Positions 28,624 through 38,199 of a DNA stretch of 64,000 nucleotides are shown one piece after another. The stretch is from Halobacteriales archaeon. Its GTDB lineage: Archaea > Halobacteriota > Halobacteria > Halobacteriales > SKNY01. Within the stretch, counting starts at the first letter, position 1; each line of letters begins with the position of its first letter. The position numbers were made by a program, and so were the translations under genes. The notes under the pieces were generated by a model. The model saw only the letters and a list, made by a program, of their open reading frames with translations, was not told where the DNA came from and searched no databases. The stretch spans positions 12,509-76,508 of the forward strand of contig SKQO01000003.1 of NCBI GenBank assembly GCA_007118975.1. Direction: 5' to 3'.

Positions 28624-29204
28624 TATCGATCACTCCGGCCGTGACTAAACGTCGCTTCTGTCACTCGTTCAATCGGTGTCTCACGTTCGGATTCGATCAG
28701 CACTGGCGTCACGGCACAGGTTACCGACGGGAGATACGGCGTCTCCTGGAACGTGTTCCAGACATCGAGGATTTCCCCCATCGATCGGTTCTCCAGTGCA
28801 ATGTGGAGTCTATCATCGCCACCGAGATCCCCCTTGAGAGCTGACCCGCTGATGATCCGGTTGTCCCAGATAATCCGCATCGCCTCACCGAGTTCCTTGT
28901 GGTAGTCGAGCCTGGATGGCGCTTGTTCGTGGGCCTCATCCTGTGGCGAAGGGTGGGCAGTCACAAGGTAGGACAACTCGAGGGCGAGCGGATCACCGGC
29001 TGCGACATCATCTTCGACCGGTTGCGGTTCGTTCGAGAGATGGATGTTCCGTTCGACATCGTAGAGAAACAACGAGAGCCCTGCCTGGCTCGGGTCGAAG
29101 TCAGCTGGAGAAGCAAGTGCCACGGTGACCCCCGAGGAAACTTCCGCGCGGAGCAGGCTGACGAGCGTTTCACCGACATCTGCGATGGCGTCCGAACCCG
29201 CCAC
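28623..29204 (-). CDS. Pvc16/DUF4255 family cap (tail terminator)
   Basis: AIADVGETL..LSLFLYDV..N..L.L.YLVTA..W.....Y.PSV...V.PV; GTG at 29204 preceded by GGAGG. Confidence 0.87.
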   Translation of the reverse strand: MAGSDAIADVGETLVSLLRAEVSSGVTVALASPADFDPSQAGLSLFLYDVERNIHLSNEPQPVEDDVAAGDPLALELSYLVTAHPSPQDEAHEQAPSRLDYHKELGEAMRIIWDNRIISGSALKGDLGGDDRLHIALENRSMGEILDVWNTFQETPYLPSVTCAVTPVLIESERETPIERVTEATFSHGRSDR

Positions 29205-29643
29205 CTCAGCGACCTCCAGGAGAACAGCGTTTCGTATGTGAGGGGCGGCACATGACGCTGGTACCATGATTCGCTATGGGTAAAATACCTTTCCACCGGT
29301 AATGGCTAGTGTGTTGCACCCTCCGATTAGATTCAGTAACGACAGTGATGGCACAGGGCGAGTGATGGAAAGCCAGAGTCGATATCGAAACGTTTCGGCG
29401 AAGTGTATCATCCGCGAGCGGGATACACTCTCACGCCCGGCGACGGTACACTGGCCCGGAACTCGTCTAGAATGTCATCCTGAACGGGATCACGCTCGAT
29501 TCAACGTATGCCGACCTGCCGAGGGCACGCGGCCCAGGTGTCCGCCAACTGCCACCGCTTGAGCAATCCCAGCCGAATGAACCCGTGCCAAGAAATGGCT
29601 CCGACGGAGAAGCCTTTGACGCTTCCGGGCCCACAAGCGACAC

Positions 29644-31014
29644 TCACTGTTCCCGAGCATAGTCGGTGTTGATTCGGTTCGCGATGTTCCTTCCGACCGG
29701 GATTGCATCCTCCACCGAGAAACGGAAGTGGCTACCGAACCGGATCCGACTCTCGCAAGATTCCTCGAACGCGTCCCCAACGCCGGCAAATGACATCGTC
29801 CGTTCTGACGTTCCGAAGGACGTAATCTCGAACGGGAGTTTCACGGAACCGAATGTGTCGACCAGGAGTTCACTCGCGACGGCTCCAAAACACGCCAATC
29901 CCGACGGGTATTCCGGGCTAATACCGGTGTGAAGCGGCTCCCAATGTCGATCCGAGACGGTTTCGGGATTCCCGTCAGCGTCCCCGTGATGAATCGCCGG
30001 CTTGGGTCGCCAGAACCCGTAATTGTATTTTGCCTTCCATACACAGATACCCGCATCGGCCATCCCAACCCCGAGCCGCGCCAACAAGCGCGCTATCTCG
30101 AGCATCGGGAGATCCCGCTTCTCGGTCACGATCATGGCGATTTGCATCCAGCGACCCGCAGGAGTGATCGCGCCCCTTCCGCCTGACCACAGGCCGGCGA
30201 TTACTTCATCTTCCGCACGGACATCCCCCGAATAATCGTACGCATACACCTCGTGCCACGCCTCTGCGTAGTCGTTGCTCTCGAGAGCGGGTGGGCGGCC
30301 GAACTCGGTGCCGTTTGGCGTGTCGATCACCCACGTATCGACGGTCGCGTAGTGGGCTGATGCCCACACCCCGTCGCGTGCCAGGCCGCGCCAGCACCCC
30401 GGGTTGTGCTTCGGGTCATTGCACGCACGATAGGGTGGGATTTCCGGGTCGTCATGGCCATCGTCGGCGCGAGCCGTCAGTACCTCGTTGGCGACGGACT
30501 CCCCGAACCGCTTACCTGCAGGGATATCACGGTCGTATGCCGTTGCAAATTCGAGTGTCGCAGCCAGCCGCGTATCGAAGATGTCGGTGCTGACGGGAAA
30601 CAGCTCGGACAGTACAGTGTGGGCAGCTGCCCCGACGGCAGCCAGCCGGGAGGTATCCGGGGAGGGTTTCTCGTGTGGCGCATGGAAATGTTCGAAATGT
30701 CGTTCCCCCCGCGCTGCAGCGATCGCATTGAGCGTATCGAACAGCGTGACGTTGAGACAGGCGGCCTGGCGGGCAACGGCGACGGCTGGTTGTGGCCATT
30801 GACGGATCACGTCCAACCAGATCCGATTCCACTCCACGACAAACGCCGGCCGCGTAGCCTCGATCCCTCCTGCTTCGAGAACGCTCGTACAGCCTGCCAT
30901 CCCGGCAGTCGCGCTCGCAGCCGAAGTCGCCAGGAGTTCCCGTCGCGTGAATGACTCACGCCAGGACGGTGGGCTCCATTGATCACGCTCCCCACACGAG
31001 ATCCGAAAGGTCAT
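29644..31014 (-). CDS. Vanadium-dependent haloperoxidase/PAP2-like protein, predicted Tat lipoprotein
   Basis: TRRELL twin-Arg plus MAGC lipobox; KYNYGFWRP, EYPSG, SRIRFGSHF motifs; start uncertain. Confidence 0.8.
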   Translation of the reverse strand: MTFRISCGERDQWSPPSWRESFTRRELLATSAASATAGMAGCTSVLEAGGIEATRPAFVVEWNRIWLDVIRQWPQPAVAVARQAACLNVTLFDTLNAIAAARGERHFEHFHAPHEKPSPDTSRLAAVGAAAHTVLSELFPVSTDIFDTRLAATLEFATAYDRDIPAGKRFGESVANEVLTARADDGHDDPEIPPYRACNDPKHNPGCWRGLARDGVWASAHYATVDTWVIDTPNGTEFGRPPALESNDYAEAWHEVYAYDYSGDVRAEDEVIAGLWSGGRGAITPAGRWMQIAMIVTEKRDLPMLEIARLLARLGVGMADAGICVWKAKYNYGFWRPKPAIHHGDADGNPETVSDRHWEPLHTGISPEYPSGLACFGAVASELLVDTFGSVKLPFEITSFGTSERTMSFAGVGDAFEESCESRIRFGSHFRFSVEDAIPVGRNIANRINTDYAREQ

Positions 31015-31492
31015 CCGGGGCTGGGACTTCGTAGCGGTCCGGCAAGATAGAGTGTGTCGTTTGCGCTCCTTCTCGAAGCATTCCTGCACCGGCGAGTAGG
31101 GGGCAGAAAGCCCGTGGCCCGGTGTAACTTAGTGATCGCTACCCGGGGACACTGCAGATTCGTTTCCGATCCACTGTCGACACAACAGTCCTGTTACCCA
31201 CGCCCGGGTGCTCGCGTTCTTGAACGTCCGAGATGGTAGCCCACGGCCTCTTGGGGCCGCCAAAAATGAGCGGAGGAACAACCGCATCCGGGCAACTGAA
31301 CGATAACAAAGCTATCGGCCACATCCATGACTGTATTGGCAGTCGATAAATTCGATTGGCAGCGCCCGAGATCTCCTACCATCACGCACGCATGGGTGTC
31401 TTGAGGACACGACACCTCTCAGTACCAAAACATTCCCGTTCGGCAACCAGTTGCTATCACTGACTATCTCTGTCCTGGGATCACGAACCAGA

Positions 31493-32752
31493 CTACTCTG
31501 CGAGTAGCTCGAGGACATCAGCCGTCGTTGCGCTGACTGGCTCGGGGTCGACCCCCGCTGCCGCGGCCGCATCCGGGTCTTTCAGTAGATGGCCAGTGGT
31601 GAGACAGACTACCCGCTCGGACGCGTCAACGACGCCCTGCTCACGAAGTGCGCGCAAGCCGGCGAGCGAGGCCGCACTCGCCGGTTCGACCCCGATGCCT
31701 CGTTCGGCCAGCGATCGCTGGGCATCGGTTATCTCCTCGTCTTCGACGGCGATGGCGGTGCCGCCGGTCTCGCGAATGGCGGGGATCGCTTTGGGGGCGT
31801 TTACCGGATTCCCGATCCGGATCGCCGTGGCGATCGTCTCCACCTCGTTCCAGCGCGTGATCGAATCCGCTCCATCCTCGATCGCTTCGACCAGGGGGGC
31901 GGCGCCTGCAGCCTGCACGCCTGTTAGTTTCGGGACATCGTCCGGTCCGATCGCGCCGGCGGCGACAAGTTCGCGAAAGGCTTTGTGGAGCGCGCTGGTG
32001 TTGCCCGCATTCCCGACCGGCAACACGACTCGATCGGGAATGGCGCCGTATCGTTCCCGGAAGGCCTCGAGCATCTCCAAGCCGATGGTCTTCTGCCCCT
32101 CGAGTCGGTACGGGTTGAGCGAGTTCAGCAAATAGACTTCCCCCCGTTCGGCCAGCTCGGAGACCAGATCCAGGCAGGTGTCGAAGTTGCCGTCGACTTC
32201 GAGGATACGGGCACCGTGGAGGGCGGCCTGGGCAAGCTTCCCGGCAGCGACTTTGCCCGCCGGCAACAGCACGAGTACCGGCATCCCGTCTCTCGCACCG
32301 TAGGCGGCGAGCGCTGCGCTCGTGTTGCCCGTGGACGCGCACGCGAGTCGTTCGACCCCGAGGCGACGGGCAACCGCCACCCCTACGGTCATCCCGCGAT
32401 CCTTGAAACTCCCCGTCGGATTCATCCCCTCGTGCTTGACGGCCAGCGTCGAGACGCCGACTTCACGCGCCAGTTCGGGGGCGTGGTACAGTGGCGTGTC
32501 CCCCTCCTGGATCGAGACACCGTCATCCACGGGGAGGGCGTCCCGGTATCGCCACACGCCGCGACCGTCGAACGCCGACCAGCCCGGGAGTTCGGCGTAG
32601 CGAACTTCGAGAAGGCCCTGGCAGGACGGGCACCGGTAGACGATATCGGCAAAGGGCGCCACCTCCTCGCTGCACTCGATACAGTGAAGCCAGACGCCGT
32701 CAGCCGCGACGTCGGGTGACGGCTGTCCGGTTTCGATCTCGAGATGTGCCAT
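31493..32752 (-). CDS. thrC: Threonine synthase
   Basis: NPTGSFKDRG, CASTGNTS, PVGNAGN, EPASA; N-terminal Zn ribbon. Confidence 0.95.
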   Translation of the reverse strand: MAHLEIETGQPSPDVAADGVWLHCIECSEEVAPFADIVYRCPSCQGLLEVRYAELPGWSAFDGRGVWRYRDALPVDDGVSIQEGDTPLYHAPELAREVGVSTLAVKHEGMNPTGSFKDRGMTVGVAVARRLGVERLACASTGNTSAALAAYGARDGMPVLVLLPAGKVAAGKLAQAALHGARILEVDGNFDTCLDLVSELAERGEVYLLNSLNPYRLEGQKTIGLEMLEAFRERYGAIPDRVVLPVGNAGNTSALHKAFRELVAAGAIGPDDVPKLTGVQAAGAAPLVEAIEDGADSITRWNEVETIATAIRIGNPVNAPKAIPAIRETGGTAIAVEDEEITDAQRSLAERGIGVEPASAASLAGLRALREQGVVDASERVVCLTTGHLLKDPDAAAAAGVDPEPVSATTADVLELLAE

Positions 32753-32832
32753 ACCGGCCCAACAGGCGGGTTCCCCAAAACCACGCCGGTCGACGCCTGC
32801 TACGTCGAAAGGACGCTACGCCACTGGACCGA

Positions 32833-33774
32833 TCAGTCGAGGGACTCGTACCGTGTCTGGTAATACACCGAAAATAAAATGAGGGCCACCGCAATCGCGA
32901 GCGCTACCACCAGATATCGCAGGCCCAGCACCCCTTCGAAGATCACCATGAACCCCAGAAGGGCCGCTAGGATGGGAATCGTGACGTCGTTGAGCTTGCG
33001 CAGAAAGAACGCTCGGGAATCACGGTAGACGATGAGAGGATGGCAGGGTTCATCTTCCGGAACGCCCGCCTTCATGCGTTGCTCTCTGTCCAGGTATATC
33101 GGCGGAATATCGACGGAGGTGCCGGCGATCGCCGGGATATCGAGCCGGTGTTGACAATCCGGATAGCGGTCGGGGTTTTCCGCCAGTTGGGTTTCTTTCC
33201 TCGCGGCCGTTCCCGCCCGCACGGGTAGCGCTTTGACCGTGGTTCGATCCCGGGCCGACTGGAGGAATGCCCGATCTCCCGGTTCGATGCCGAGGACATC
33301 GAATGTTTCCTCGGGGAGTCGACAGGTCTTGAAGCCGATGTCCGGGTGGACGGCATACCGGACTCTGCAGACAATCGGCCGAAATCGGAAGATCCGGTCG
33401 AACAGCCGACGGTGTGCTGGCTTTTTGTCGGGTTGGCGCAAGCGGAGCGCGACCTCGTTGCGGTCGGGGTCGCCCACCGGGACGCCCAGTGCATGCCGCA
33501 GATCGAACCCGATCCCAACCTCGTCACTCTGGAGGTGCTTGCCCGCATCGATCTTGCCGAATACGGCCGGTCGAGAGCCGCGATGTGGGTTTTCCACCAG
33601 TACGTACTTGCCGGTCGTCAGCGAGTCGTGCTCACGGAGAACGGCGGGTGCCAGCTGGACGTTGAACGCTTTGTCCCAGGTCCAATCCCTGGTCTCGCGG
33701 ACACGGAATCGGCCGATCTCATCAGGGGCCGCCGTGGGTGCCTGCCCGGTCTCCTGTCCTACTACCGTCGACAT
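32833..33774 (-). CDS. Hypothetical membrane protein, possible double-psi-barrel-like domains plus two C-terminal TM helices
   Basis: LGIEPGD and DLRHALGV motifs resemble CDC48-N; hydrophobic C-terminus. Confidence 0.55.
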   Translation of the reverse strand: MSTVVGQETGQAPTAAPDEIGRFRVRETRDWTWDKAFNVQLAPAVLREHDSLTTGKYVLVENPHRGSRPAVFGKIDAGKHLQSDEVGIGFDLRHALGVPVGDPDRNEVALRLRQPDKKPAHRRLFDRIFRFRPIVCRVRYAVHPDIGFKTCRLPEETFDVLGIEPGDRAFLQSARDRTTVKALPVRAGTAARKETQLAENPDRYPDCQHRLDIPAIAGTSVDIPPIYLDREQRMKAGVPEDEPCHPLIVYRDSRAFFLRKLNDVTIPILAALLGFMVIFEGVLGLRYLVVALAIAVALILFSVYYQTRYESLD

Positions 33775-33890
33775 GTCGCTTCGTGAGAGTGATCGAACCG
33801 TCGATGTAATAGGTTGCGGTTCGCCCGCGAACCGCTGTTCCGTCGGCTCCGCCCGGGGGACTTTTGAGACGAGCGGTGAATGCGATCGGT

Positions 33891-34748
33891 ATGCGCTATT
33901 ACCGCGTTGACGATCGTGTGCTCGCCAGTTCCCCTGACGGGACGTGGGACCTGACAGCAGGGTCACCACATATCGAGGATTTCGCTTCACTCGGCAAAGC
34001 CGCTGCAATTGCGGACCTCACGATCGATGAGGTTGCCAGACGACGATGTACCGACGACAACCGGATCGAAACCGAGAATCCACCCGTCGGAGCAGCGGCG
34101 CCACTCGTGCCGGCCGAAGTGTGGGCTGCCGGCGTCACGTACCGGGTCAGTGAATCGGCCAGGGAGGCAGAGAGCACGATGCCCGACATGTATCGGGACG
34201 TGTACGATGCGGATCGCCCGGAGATCTTCTTCAAAGCGACGCCCTCTCGCACCGTCGGCCCCGGCGAACCGGTCGGGATCCGTGCTGACTCGGCCTGGGA
34301 CGTGCCGGAGCCGGAGCTCGGACTGGTGTTCATCGGCGAGAAGATCGTCGGCTACACCATCGGAAACGACATGAGCAGTCGCGAAATCGAGGGAGCGAAC
34401 CCGCTTTACCTTCCCCAGGCCAAAATCTACGATCGATGCTGCGCGATCGGGCCGTGTGTGGCCTCGACCGAAACCGTCGAGGATCCACTGGATCTCGAGC
34501 TCTCGATGGAGATCGAACGGGACGGCGCGGTGGTGTTCGACGACAGCACCTCAACCGGTGAACTCGTCCGCGACCCGACGGAACTCGCCGAGTACTACAC
34601 CCGACACAACGTCGTCCAGACCGGCTCTGTGTTACTTACTGGCACTGGACTCGTTCCCCCCGACGATTTCACGCTCGAGGCCGGTGACGAGGTCAGTATC
34701 ACCGTCGAGGAGATCGGGACGCTGCGAAACGTGGTCAGCGTCGTCTGA
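33891..34748 (+). CDS. Fumarylacetoacetate hydrolase family protein, likely 2-keto-3-deoxypentonate dehydratase
   Basis: EVWAAGVTY, RPEIFFKA, VPEPEL, GNDMSSREIEGANPLYLPQAK, LLTGTG. Confidence 0.85.
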   Translation: MRYYRVDDRVLASSPDGTWDLTAGSPHIEDFASLGKAAAIADLTIDEVARRRCTDDNRIETENPPVGAAAPLVPAEVWAAGVTYRVSESAREAESTMPDMYRDVYDADRPEIFFKATPSRTVGPGEPVGIRADSAWDVPEPELGLVFIGEKIVGYTIGNDMSSREIEGANPLYLPQAKIYDRCCAIGPCVASTETVEDPLDLELSMEIERDGAVVFDDSTSTGELVRDPTELAEYYTRHNVVQTGSVLLTGTGLVPPDDFTLEAGDEVSITVEEIGTLRNVVSVV

Positions 34749-34955
34749 TCCGGCCATCATTACGGCAGGGTCACGTCCCGAGCGAGCAGTAAAAGCCCGT
34801 CGTTCGACTGTCTCTCGGTTCTCGAGCACTCGGGCGTGATTGCCCAGCGAGCCGATTGTGCGTTGTCACGGAACCTCTCCGAGGGAGCAAACCAGCTGTG
34901 GGTCGACACCGCACATCATGACAGATTTATTTAATATGCGTCCGACTACCATGTC

Positions 34956-35661
34956 ATGACAGCCGACCCGTTCGTTCGGGCGATCCGGGATCACTATCTC
35001 GACACCCGCGAGGAGCCGCTGATCGATCGCGACGGAGCTGACACGCGAGAACACGCGATCGAGGAGTGGTATTTCGGCCCCCATACCGAGGGCGCCTGGC
35101 GCGACCGGTGGATGCGCGGTCCATTGATTGATCTCGGTGCCGGGGTCGGGCGGGATGCCCTCTACAATCAGGATCGCTTCGAGACCGTCGCCGTCGATGA
35201 GAGCCAGCACCTGATCGAAGTCATGCGCGACCGCGGCGTAGGGCGGGCGGTCCACGCCGACATGTTCTCGCTCTTGGAGCGGTTCGACAGGGATCGATTC
35301 CGATCGGCGCACGCGATCGGGACACAAGTCGGTCTGGCGGCCTCGCGGGCGGGGATACGATCATTCCTGGCCGAGCTTGCCGCCGCCACCACGTCCGATG
35401 CGACGGCAGTCCTCGACAACTACGATCCGGTACGAGCGGCGGCGGAGAACGTGTTTGCGTTTCGACGAGCCCACGCCAGGATTCGGTTACCGCGTCTATC
35501 ACGAGGAGTACGCCGGTGAGGTCGGCTCGACGCTCCTGTTCAGAATCTTCAGCGTCGAATGCCTCCGGGAACTGACGATCGGGACGCCATGGAACGTCCT
35601 CGCCGTCAAGGAACACGGTGTCCAGTGGCGGGCCGTGCTCGGAAAGAACCCGGAGGGATAG
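34956..35661 (+). pseudogene. Class I SAM methyltransferase with frameshift near 35460
   Basis: LIDLGAGVGRDA in 34956..35519; protein-like C-terminus (DEPTPGFGYRVYHEEY..LLFRIFS) continues in another frame to 35661. Confidence 0.7.
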
Positions 35662-35843
35662 GACCTTGGCATATATCCGGGACTCACCGGTGTGTAGCCG
35701 TCTGTTGGCCCCCAGCACGACAGTTACGACAGTGAACAGCAGTTGTGTTACATTCTCTCTGTTGCTCGGAAGACCTGCGGACTGGCACAAATCGACAGCG
35801 GTTCGTGTGCTGATGGGGAAGCTGGCTACAGGGGATTCACGAG

Positions 35844-36338
35844 ATGGCAACGCTACCGCAGCTACTCGAGGACGCGGACGTGGAATGGCTCCGCTATCCC
35901 GCCGCCCTCCTGGCGATAGGCGTTGCACTGATCCACCTCATGCACCCGACACTCGGCGGCCCACGGCTGATTCTGCACGTTCAGGTCGGTACCATCTTCG
36001 ATCCACGCCCCCTTCTCTTTACGCTCGCGGGTTTCCTGATCATGTTCGGCATCGTGCTTGCATCACAGGGCGTACTCGAACGAGCCATCTATGCCGGTGG
36101 GGTCGTACTCATGCTGGCCCTCATCCTTGGGTACGGTGCCTGGCACACGATCCTCGACCACGGGGCGTTCTGGCCGCATATTCACGGGCACGGTCACACG
36201 GAGGTCGGGGGACTCGAACTGATCTGGCTTCACCTCCGCGAGGATGGGATCGCAATGGTGAGCAAGCTCTTCGAAGTGGGCTTGCTCGGAGTGCTGGTGG
36301 TGCTTTACCTCGGTACCTCGACCGATGAAGACCAGTAA
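35844..36338 (+). CDS. Multi-pass membrane protein with His-rich loop
   Basis: About four hydrophobic segments; WPHIHGHGH. Confidence 0.75.
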   Translation: MATLPQLLEDADVEWLRYPAALLAIGVALIHLMHPTLGGPRLILHVQVGTIFDPRPLLFTLAGFLIMFGIVLASQGVLERAIYAGGVVLMLALILGYGAWHTILDHGAFWPHIHGHGHTEVGGLELIWLHLREDGIAMVSKLFEVGLLGVLVVLYLGTSTDEDQ

Positions 36339-36356
36339 CCGGCGTTCGCGGCCCAA

Positions 36357-37007
36357 TCAACCGGTTTCGATGACAACCCGAACGTCATCGCCTCCACCCG
36401 CTGCCGCGTCATTCACCGGGCCGACACCGTCTAATACATGCGTTTCGGGATCGACCGACTCGCCATTGACGGTGATTTCGACCGTCGTTTCGCTGTCACT
36501 GTCCTTGTATGTCTCCCCATCGAACGAAATCGGCTCGCCTGTTTCGTCCACTTCAATCCCGAGGGTACCGAGCGCGTAGGCGAGGGTTACGTCATCGCCA
36601 TGGACGTGCCAGACGTGTTCGCCGTATCGCTGCTGCTCGTTTCCGTGAAAATGGAAGAGCTGATCGTTCATCACGAATCGATCGTCACCTGAGAGATCCA
36701 GCGGCTCGCCGTCGATTTCGACCGCCATGGTTCCGTGGTAATGAACCGATGGATTGTAGGAGGGTTCGGCGGCGACACTGCCATTGCCCGAGAACAGCGC
36801 GATCCAGGCCGCGCCGGCGAGGATCCCGATTGCAAGCACGACCGTGCCGAGATGCCAGATTGTCAGCCCACCATCGTCGGATTGGTCCAGCTGATCGACC
36901 CGCCGACGGTCGATCGGGCCGAGTTCCGCAGCATGCTCGCCTGCCAGGTGTGCCAGGTGGGCGTCCTCGTCTTCGAACGACTCCCCGCAGTAGTTACACT
37001 CGACCAT
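36357..37007 (-). CDS. C2H2-type Zn-finger, single-TM membrane protein
   Basis: CNYC...HLAGEH, TM helix, external HYH/FHFH/WHVH motifs. Confidence 0.78.
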   Translation of the reverse strand: MVECNYCGESFEDEDAHLAHLAGEHAAELGPIDRRRVDQLDQSDDGGLTIWHLGTVVLAIGILAGAAWIALFSGNGSVAAEPSYNPSVHYHGTMAVEIDGEPLDLSGDDRFVMNDQLFHFHGNEQQRYGEHVWHVHGDDVTLAYALGTLGIEVDETGEPISFDGETYKDSDSETTVEITVNGESVDPETHVLDGVGPVNDAAAGGGDDVRVVIETG

Positions 37008-37108
37008 CCGGTGATACAGCAGCTACGAGCGGTCCGCACAAAGCTCTTCGGCGGTAGTGGGGAGGTACAGCGTGCGAGTTGTGCAAATAGTCCGTCATCC
37101 TAGCCAGA

Positions 37109-37918
37109 TCACGCCGTAATTGCAACCGTTTGGAGATACTGGTTCTCCACGATTGCAGTTCCGTCCGTCGCGCGATTGTATCGGTCCATGATCGTACGGA
37201 GATCCGCCAAGAGGTTCTCCTGTGCCTCCGGATCGATGAGCTCGATCGCACGAATCGTCGGTCCGAAGTAGGTACTGAACACCGTCACGGCATGGTCGAT
37301 CGACCGATAGTATTGGCGTGCCGTCCGTCGATCGCTCTGCATTGACCGAGTGCCATGTCCGAGGAGGACATCGAGGCCCTCTTCGGTCCCCCAACGGAGC
37401 GGTGACTCGACGCCTGGTGGCGGTGGCACGTATCGAGCATGGGTCGCAAACCAGTCGCCGCTCCACCCGGTCGGAATTGGTCCAGCCAGGCCGATCTTGC
37501 CACCGGGGTTGCACACCCGAAGCAACTCGCGTGCGGCCTGTTCCTGATCGGGCGCGAACTGGACGCCATACACCGAGAGCACGACGTCGAAGCTATCGTC
37601 GGGAAACGGCATGTCCTGTACGTCACCGACCCGGAAGTCGATGGCCTGTCCGTTGGCCTGGGCACGCGCCTCGGCTCGCTCGATCAATGTGGTCACGTAG
37701 TCGATGCCCGTCACCTCACAGTACCGACGCTCCGCGACGAGGGCTGCTGTTCCACTTCCACAGGCGACGTCGAGTACCTGCTGGCCGGGATGTGGGTCGA
37801 CCGCTTCGCAAAGCGCCTCCGCCATTCCCACGTTTTGCCGTGCGATTTCGTTGAAATCCCCAGTCGTCCAGGTTTCCTGTTGGTTTCTCGTGATGCCGGC
37901 GTAGTCGGTGTTGGTCAT
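37109..37918 (-). CDS. Class I SAM-dependent methyltransferase (UbiE-like)
   Basis: VLDVACGSG, MPFPDDSFDVV, LRVCNPGG; ATG at 37918. Confidence 0.88.
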   Translation of the reverse strand: MTNTDYAGITRNQQETWTTGDFNEIARQNVGMAEALCEAVDPHPGQQVLDVACGSGTAALVAERRYCEVTGIDYVTTLIERAEARAQANGQAIDFRVGDVQDMPFPDDSFDVVLSVYGVQFAPDQEQAARELLRVCNPGGKIGLAGPIPTGWSGDWFATHARYVPPPPGVESPLRWGTEEGLDVLLGHGTRSMQSDRRTARQYYRSIDHAVTVFSTYFGPTIRAIELIDPEAQENLLADLRTIMDRYNRATDGTAIVENQYLQTVAITA

Positions 37919-38199
37919 GTTCTTTGACGGCCTCTCACGAGCGGTGTTTTTCGTCGGTAGTTGATGGATACGGTCGGCCCAGTCATCCGCCCTCGCTTTC
38001 GTCGGCCGCTCGAGAAGACGTGCAGAAGGTACGGTACCAAACACCATAACACCGTTGGAGGGACCAATTGACTGTTGCGAGGTCACTGGATGTCGGCGAT
38101 GGGTACAATCTGCGCACGACGCCACACGTGTCTCTGAGACCCCGGTTAGAACGTCAAGGGATCAACCAGCCACGAAGCGAAGCCGCAGCGTACGATTCA

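Larger units (their letters stand above)
4754..29204 (-). other. Afp/PVC-like contractile injection system (CIS) gene cluster
   Basis: Contiguous cap, sheath, 2 tubes, ATPase, LysM initiator, hub, spike, PAAR, gp25, 2 baseplate-J, tail-I, fibre-like and DUF4157 genes; no capsid, terminase or integrase. Confidence 0.93.

Noticed and set aside
4754-29204. Provirus
   Set aside because: No capsid, portal, terminase, integrase or replication genes; Pvc16, Afp15-like ATPase and DUF4157 point to a CIS
29302-29562. 86-aa ORF between the CIS and the haloperoxidase
   Set aside because: No recognisable motif and atypical composition; probably regulatory intergenic DNA
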